DNA from: an uncultured delta proteobacterium
GTDB lineage: Bacteria; Bdellovibrionota; FAC87; UBA2466
Direction of reading: 5' to 3'
Assembly: GCA_963778115.1 (NCBI GenBank)
Contig: CAVZSV010000004.1
Location: 320,001 to 384,000 of the forward strand
Length of the DNA stretch: 64,000 bases
Below, one piece after another: positions 58,671 through 64,000 of the stretch. The notes beneath the pieces were generated by a model. The model was not told the DNA's origin. It searched no databases and saw only the letters and a list, made by a program, of their open reading frames with translations. Within the stretch, counting starts at the first letter, position 1. Each line of letters starts with the position of its first letter. The position numbers and the translations under genes were made by a program.

Positions 58671-59339
58671 ATGTCATCCATTGGTCGCTTATCGATTTTG
58701 CTGTTAATTTTCGGGTATTGGGGAATCGCCCATGCGGACTCCCCGGTTCTTAGTGAAGCGTTACGTATTATGGAAACTCTCCACAGCACTTCGTATACTC
58801 ACCAACCCCAAATAGACGAAGCGCAGGGAATCTTCGAATTAGATTGCTCTGCATTTGCCACTTACGTACTCTCCCGCAGCGAACCTCGCTCTTACGCCGA
58901 GCTAATGGCAGCATCATCCGAGAAAGGCCGGCCTCTGGCCAAGGATTTCGTCTCCTTTTTCAAGAATCGCAACTCAGACGATCCGCAATCATTGTGGCTT
59001 CAGATTGTCCACATAGCTAATCTCAAACCAGGGGATCTTATTGCCTGGCTCATACCGCCCGGAAGCACTTCGAAGGACACCGGGCATGTGATGATCGTAA
59101 GGGAAGTTCCCACGGAAAATCCCCAGAATGCTAACGAATGGTTGGTCGCCGTCGTGGATTCCGCGGTGAGCGGGCACGGCTCCTTAGATCCACGACGAAC
59201 GAGTGGACCCAATGGAGTGGGCAGCGGGACCATTGGTCTGATCGCAAATGAAAAAGGATATCCCGTGGCGTTCCGCTGGGCGGGAGGACAAAGTCCAAAG
59301 ACGAAGTATACCGACATCCGGATGGCGCGCGTGAAGTAG
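58671..59339 (+). CDS. Secreted NlpC/P60-like (papain-fold) Cys-His hydrolase
   Basis: GGAG SD before ATG 58671; signal peptide ending AHA; LDCSAF, LKPGDLIAW, TGHVMIV. Confidence 0.65.
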   Translation: MSSIGRLSILLLIFGYWGIAHADSPVLSEALRIMETLHSTSYTHQPQIDEAQGIFELDCSAFATYVLSRSEPRSYAELMAASSEKGRPLAKDFVSFFKNRNSDDPQSLWLQIVHIANLKPGDLIAWLIPPGSTSKDTGHVMIVREVPTENPQNANEWLVAVVDSAVSGHGSLDPRRTSGPNGVGSGTIGLIANEKGYPVAFRWAGGQSPKTKYTDIRMARVK

Positions 59340-59414
59340 ACCGAACGACAGCACATTTTTGTGAGAACGTGCCGTCGTCGGGTTACCTCTGATTATCTTA
59401 ATTCACTCACTTGC

Positions 59415-59909
59415 CTAGTAATTATAGGTCGTCACCGTTTGAAAAAAGCCGTCGTGGTTCACCGATTGGCTGGCCACTTTGGTTCCCCCGCCGGGACAAC
59501 GACTAAGAATGTTAATATCGATTAGATCCTGATGCTTTTCCTGGTTGCGAATATTTTTTATATTCTGCTCAACGATCTCTTTCGGACCTTTGAAATACCA
59601 CTCGTTACAACTGCGAGACCGAAAGACATCAGACTTCACTTCGGTCTCCATCGCGATATGAGCCTCTGTGGTTTGATTGGATGAATCGTTTTCTGCAGAA
59701 GTTCCCGAGGGGACGGCTGAAGGCTGAGGTGTGGGATTGGAAGCCGCCGCCGGAGGGGCGATGGGTGGACTCGCGGCTTCTAGGCCATTACCACTGGGAG
59801 GGTTTCCCCCTCCATTATCCGACGACGGATGGTTCTCTTCACCACAACCCACGATAAGAAATACCGTGAAAATAATAACCGCGAAATTTGCAACAATACC
59901 TTTTTTCAT
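59415..59909 (-). CDS. Hypothetical lipoprotein with Pro/Ser-rich linker
   Basis: GAGGAG SD; lipobox IVGC; small C-terminal domain with two Cys. Confidence 0.78.
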   Translation of the reverse strand: MKKGIVANFAVIIFTVFLIVGCGEENHPSSDNGGGNPPSGNGLEAASPPIAPPAAASNPTPQPSAVPSGTSAENDSSNQTTEAHIAMETEVKSDVFRSRSCNEWYFKGPKEIVEQNIKNIRNQEKHQDLIDINILSRCPGGGTKVASQSVNHDGFFQTVTTYNY

Positions 59910-60013
59910 ATTGGACTCCTCAACTAATTTTGGTTAAGTTCTCTACCGCCAAGGCCGGCGAAGATAGCGCACCAGAATCGGATCCACATTTGCTTTGAAG
60001 AAACAGGCACGGC

Positions 60014-60075
60014 AAAGTGGTTACTTTCTTCCCAGTAACCAACACGGCAATCCCAGTAACCACTTTGGTTACTTT
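60014..60075. promoter_or_regulatory. Cluster of four GTAACCA/TGGTTAC boxes (candidate operator)
   Basis: TGGTTAC 60018, GTAACCA 60035, GTAACCA 60056, TGGTTAC 60066; 12-bp perfect inverted repeat 60014-25/60055-66. Confidence 0.5.
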
Positions 60076-60105
60076 TCCCTTGAGATTGAGACCGAAATCT
60101 GTATA

Positions 60106-60897
60106 ATGCGTCGCATTATGAATATTTCGGCCGCTTCAGTACTGAAGGAGGTCTACGCCCTGCGTTCGGCGCGAAGACCTTACTCCTTGCGCGCTTTTGC
60201 GCGGGATTTGGGATTGAGCCATTCTTACGTAAGTTTAGTGCTCAATAACAAAAAGTGTCTCCCCGTAGCAACCCTGCGATCGCTCGGTGACAAATTAGGG
60301 CTCGAAAGCCATCAGGTCTTGGAACTTGAAAAAAATGAGTCCCCTTCCAAAAGAAAGGCGAAAACCTTTTCTCAAATTGAATTAGATAAATTTCGGCTCA
60401 TGTGCCGGTGGTATTACGTCGCAATTTTGGAGCTTGTTCAGCTAAAAGGGTTTGCCCCCTCCACAAAAAATATAGCGGATTATCTGGATCTGGAAATGGA
60501 TGACGTAAGCGAAGCGCTATCCGCGATGAAAAGACTTGGCGTTATAAAGATCAGCGCTGGGAAGTGGACTTGTATTGAAGAGAAGCGATCAATAGTGGCT
60601 CCTACCTCGACGGAAGCCATACGGGCTTATCATCGGCAGATGGCGCTCTTGGCTCACGATGAATTGAGTAAGATCGATAGCCACCACTTTAAATGCCGCG
60701 ACATTACTGGCATGACAATGCCCATCAACCCGAAAAGAATTTCAGGTGCCAAACGAAAAATTGCGCGCTTTCGAAGGAGCCTTGAAGCCTATCTCACTCA
60801 AGGTGAATGTAGCGAAGTCTATCAATTTAATCTCCAGCTGTTCCCGCTTAAGGCAGCCGGGGGAAAGAGCAAACGCGAAAAGAGGAGCGGATGCTAA
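60106..60897 (+). CDS. TIGR02147/DUF4423 family HTH protein
   Basis: YSLRAFARDLGLSHSYVSLVLNNK HTH; WYYVAILEL; AIRAYH; EVYQFNLQLFPL. Start at 60106 or 60118 rather than TTG 59995. Confidence 0.88.
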   Translation: MRRIMNISAASVLKEVYALRSARRPYSLRAFARDLGLSHSYVSLVLNNKKCLPVATLRSLGDKLGLESHQVLELEKNESPSKRKAKTFSQIELDKFRLMCRWYYVAILELVQLKGFAPSTKNIADYLDLEMDDVSEALSAMKRLGVIKISAGKWTCIEEKRSIVAPTSTEAIRAYHRQMALLAHDELSKIDSHHFKCRDITGMTMPINPKRISGAKRKIARFRRSLEAYLTQGECSEVYQFNLQLFPLKAAGGKSKREKRSGC

Positions 60898-62072
60898 AGA
60901 AAGGTTTACTCATTCTATGTCTATTACTTTCGTCTTGCGGCAAAATCTCGCCGACGGGCTCCTCTGGCAGCACCTTTGACACCAGCGGCAAAAATCAGAT
61001 CTCAACCGAAGTGGGCGCAGGAGGCAGTGGAGTCTATTGTCCAGGCAAAAATGGTGCTCGCCCCTATTTTGAAGTCTTGGATGTCTACGAAGCTCGAAAA
61101 CGGGGAATGGGTGTCGATCTCGGAGGTCCCAACCTCTCGGTGGATCAGAAACTGGATATCGCATTCGCCCGCCTGGCAAGGCTCTCTCCTTTGAGAGCGA
61201 AGAGATACCAAAAGCGAGCACACGAAATTCTCAAAGAGGCGTATTTCTTCCATTCAGGATATCTGCCCCACATCGGCGACGAAGATCCGGCCGACTTAGC
61301 GGCAGGCTGCAAACTTCTTCAAATCGCTACGCGCCGAAAACCCATTTTCGAAAATGATCCCGAATTTATCATCGACTGGAACCTTTTTAATCAGCTGGAT
61401 TCCGATAATCAGACTGTTCTTCTGGGACACGAAACTTCCTATGATGAAGCTGGAAACGATTATGGTCAAACGACCTCTCGAATGGCGAGAGGCTTTAATT
61501 CTCTGTATTTCTCTAAGAGAATAGAATCGATGACCATGAAGGATTTCTTCGCCTTCTTAGACAAGATCGGTTTTCTCAACACGGACGTGGGGGGAATCAC
61601 CGTACCAACCTGGTCGGCCGCCAGAGACGAACTCTGGGGGAGTAATTCCATGACGTTCGCCGAAGATGGCCACCTAGCTTCAATGTCCTGGATGGCCAAA
61701 GGAAAACCAGCCTTCGATTACTTTGGAACTTCTCTGCAAATCGCGGATTACAGTAATAGATCAAGCGCCACATTCTCGAAGGACGGACACCTTTCGCAAA
61801 TTGACGGTCAACTTAGCACCGTGAAAAACGAGGAAGAACTAAACGATCGAGGAAATTCCGTTCTCCTGGGGGTTGAAGCCCGTCGAGGCTTTTGGAGGAC
61901 CACTTTTTATGAAGACGGCCATTTCCATATGCTCTTGGTCGATGAAGGTTCCAAGCTCAAAGCCCTTAATTCCAACGAGCTAACGGTACTCGAGGAGCCC
62001 AAATGTGTGGTCTTTGACCCCGCCGGTTTCGTCGAAGCATTGAAGGACATTCATCAGTGCGCGGCACGGTGA
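60891..62072 (+). CDS. Lipoprotein coupled to the TIGR02147 gene
   Basis: Overlaps the upstream stop; GAGGAG SD; LLSSC lipobox; EVGAGGSGVYC...VLDVYE; LLGHETSY. Confidence 0.82.
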   Translation: MLKKGLLILCLLLSSCGKISPTGSSGSTFDTSGKNQISTEVGAGGSGVYCPGKNGARPYFEVLDVYEARKRGMGVDLGGPNLSVDQKLDIAFARLARLSPLRAKRYQKRAHEILKEAYFFHSGYLPHIGDEDPADLAAGCKLLQIATRRKPIFENDPEFIIDWNLFNQLDSDNQTVLLGHETSYDEAGNDYGQTTSRMARGFNSLYFSKRIESMTMKDFFAFLDKIGFLNTDVGGITVPTWSAARDELWGSNSMTFAEDGHLASMSWMAKGKPAFDYFGTSLQIADYSNRSSATFSKDGHLSQIDGQLSTVKNEEELNDRGNSVLLGVEARRGFWRTTFYEDGHFHMLLVDEGSKLKALNSNELTVLEEPKCVVFDPAGFVEALKDIHQCAAR

Positions 62073-62272
62073 GTGAAACTGGGGATATGCCCGCGAGATT
62101 CCAGCTTTATCCTCAATCGTTTTAACAATCCAGTTAAGAAAAAATGCTAAAAACAATCAAATTTACTTGATCTTAACGCAACGCTTCATTATTTTGCGTC
62201 CTACTTTAGTTAACAAATGTGCTGAGGCCCCAAAGGCTAAGGCAAAAACCTGGTTAGGAAGAAGACCTTGTA

Positions 62273-63148
62273 ATGGATCAGACCGCCACCCAATCTTACG
62301 CAACCCGAAAGACGCTAATCGCGCCCAATGTTTGGGAGTATTTGGATTATCGTAAGTACCTCAGGGATTTTTACGAATCCAAGAAAGCGGATGGCACTCA
62401 CTTTTCGTATCGCCTCTTCTCCCAAAAGACAGGAGTGCAATCGCCCAACTACATGAAACTCATTATCGATGGCGATAGAAACTTAACCCAGTCGCATGCG
62501 CGACGGATTGGTAAATTTTGTCACCTCACGCAGGAGCAAATCACCTATTTCTTGGCTCTGGTTCGGTGGAATCAATGCAGTGATGAAGATGAACGGGAAA
62601 TTTTCTGGCTGGATGTCCTTAGAGCCCGCAGAAGCCACCCGGAGACTCGACTTCCCACTTCCTATCTTTCTATTCTCACTCAATGGCAAGCGATTGCGCT
62701 TATGGAAATGATTCGATTAAAGGACTTTAAAGCCGATAGCCAATGGATCCAAAGCCGTTTTCGAACAGCAATTTCCGATGGAGAGATTCAGCAGTTTCTT
62801 CAGGAGCTAAAACAGCTAGAACTTATCGCAGTCACTAAAGACGGTTATCGGGTAACCGAACGCAATCTGAAGACCGAAGATGATGTGCCCTCTAAATGCA
62901 TCCAAAGCTATCACCGAAGTGTCATTCAAGAAGGTCTCCGCGCTCTGGCCGATACCGCTATCAGCGATCGTGAATTTATTTCCAATACCTTTTCGATTCG
63001 AAAAACCGATCTCCCAAGACTTAAAACCGAGCTTCGCCGCTTCAGGGATTTAATTTTGGAGATGACCTCGCAGGCAAAAGATCCCGACGAGGTCTATCAA
63101 CTTAACCTTCAACTTTTTCCAATTTCCAAACAGAGGAGTGAAAACTAA
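62273..63148 (+). CDS. TIGR02147/DUF4423 family HTH protein (second paralog)
   Basis: EYLDYRKYLRDFY, FSYRLFS, SPNYMKLIIDGDRNL, IQSYH, EVYQLNLQLFPI. Confidence 0.92.
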   Translation: MDQTATQSYATRKTLIAPNVWEYLDYRKYLRDFYESKKADGTHFSYRLFSQKTGVQSPNYMKLIIDGDRNLTQSHARRIGKFCHLTQEQITYFLALVRWNQCSDEDEREIFWLDVLRARRSHPETRLPTSYLSILTQWQAIALMEMIRLKDFKADSQWIQSRFRTAISDGEIQQFLQELKQLELIAVTKDGYRVTERNLKTEDDVPSKCIQSYHRSVIQEGLRALADTAISDREFISNTFSIRKTDLPRLKTELRRFRDLILEMTSQAKDPDEVYQLNLQLFPISKQRSEN

Positions 63149-64000
63149 TGTCGTCGTTAAAGCTGTCTATTATAGGGTTGTCCATTATCGTATTGGCCGG
63201 TTGTAGCGGTAAAGGATCCGGGTTGTCTCCCCAGGGGACTTCGGTCGGAAATGGCTTTCGCATGACGATTAGCGCGGATCTCACGGGAGCAAGCGCTCTT
63301 ACGACAGCCATTCCCGGGAAATCCACCGATCCACACAAGACTCTCTATAAAATTCTTCCTGGGCAGCCAGGGGAGAAGGCTGGCATTCAACCCGTACTAA
63401 GCGGTCCTAACGACATTTATCATTGGAAAGAGACTGCGACCCATGTCATCGCCCAAACTACCATCGATGAAAACGGATCCCGGTGCTATCTGATTGCGAT
63501 TCCCAAAGTGCAGGAAAAGTCACAAGTGCTTTGCCTAAGTCGAGAACCACTTGATCAGGATCGCTATAACCCCACGGGAGATACCAAGCGGCCCCTCTTC
63601 GATGTTCAAGGAGTAGGAGTTTTTTTCTCCAGTGTCCAAAGAGAATATGCTAACGGAGTATACTCGGAGCCCACTAATCGAATTAGCGAACTTCGCTATT
63701 GGGACGGAAAATCCGAAAGTGTCCAGACCATTTTCCATACGGACCGAAATTTCAATAAGAATCCCGCCATTGAGGGAGTCTGGGCGTCTCAGGACGGGAA
63801 AAAGGTGTGCTTTGGATTTGCCGAAAGTGACCCCTACTATTCCGGAATCGAAGAGGGCAAAGGAGCCGTCTATTGTCGCAACAGGGACGATGAGGATCGT
63901 TGGAAACTTTTAGCGAACATAAGATCCAATAAGCGGGCCACGAAATTTAATAACCATGTCCTATTTGACGGTTACTCTTCGCAGGCCGGCGTAAGCAAAC
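63148..64000 (+). CDS. Lipoprotein coupled to the TIGR02147 gene (runs off the window end); not in the ORF track
   Basis: TAATG stop/start overlap; GAGGAG SD; MSSLKLSIIGLSIIVLAGCSGKGSGLSPQGTSVGNGFRM..., open to base 64000. Confidence 0.85.
   Translation, partial: MSSLKLSIIGLSIIVLAGCSGKGSGLSPQGTSVGNGFRMTISADLTGASALTTAIPGKSTDPHKTLYKILPGQPGEKAGIQPVLSGPNDIYHWKETATHVIAQTTIDENGSRCYLIAIPKVQEKSQVLCLSREPLDQDRYNPTGDTKRPLFDVQGVGVFFSSVQREYANGVYSEPTNRISELRYWDGKSESVQTIFHTDRNFNKNPAIEGVWASQDGKKVCFGFAESDPYYSGIEEGKGAVYCRNRDDEDRWKLLANIRSNKRATKFNNHVLFDGYSSQAGVSK

Noticed and set aside
59995..60105. N-terminal extension of the first TIGR02147 ORF from TTG 59995
   Set aside because: It runs through the repeat cluster, lacks an SD and precedes the expected HTH start; treated as regulatory DNA.
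63632..63913. 93-aa plus-strand ORF near the window end
   Set aside because: Out-of-frame shadow inside the lipoprotein ORF running from 63148 past the window end.

Overview
Gene-dense, roughly 50% GC bacterial chromosome segment. Two TIGR02147/DUF4423-type HTH genes coupled to lipoproteins and many signal-peptide orphans suggest a Bdellovibrionota/Oligoflexia-like organism; this is inference, not a marker-gene placement. Housekeeping content: sucA-sucB, ppc, tRNA-Thr(GGT)-tuf-rpmG-tRNA-Trp(CCA), tRNA-Gly(TCC), msrB-msrA, photolyase, fur, TamA/TamB, a TolC-MacA-MacB exporter, an ABC-2 exporter, a ClC transporter, MarC, a PAS histidine kinase and a sigma54 response regulator. No CRISPR array, rRNA, integrase or transposase was seen. 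The most notable non-obvious structure: (1) a sigma54 activator flanked by three correctly spaced -24/-12 promoters and two similar candidate enhancer sites, driving itself, a KGG stress gene and a YqjD/YqjE/DUF3618-like operon, within 8-9 sigma54-type promoters in the window; (2) two tandem TIGR02147-regulator/lipoprotein cassettes whose lipoproteins share a T-x-V-G-[NA]-G motif, the first preceded by four GTAACCA boxes; (3) an exact 93-bp duplication of the tRNA-Gly 3' end and downstream hairpins enclosing a structured 101-bp insert; (4) a dispersed ~30-bp REP-like palindrome at gene 3' ends; (5) a probable +1 frameshift joining a secreted coiled-coil protein to a TIGR03000-like domain; (6) several secreted orphans with hydrolase or effector-like motifs. 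All family assignments come from motif recognition by eye, without database searches.
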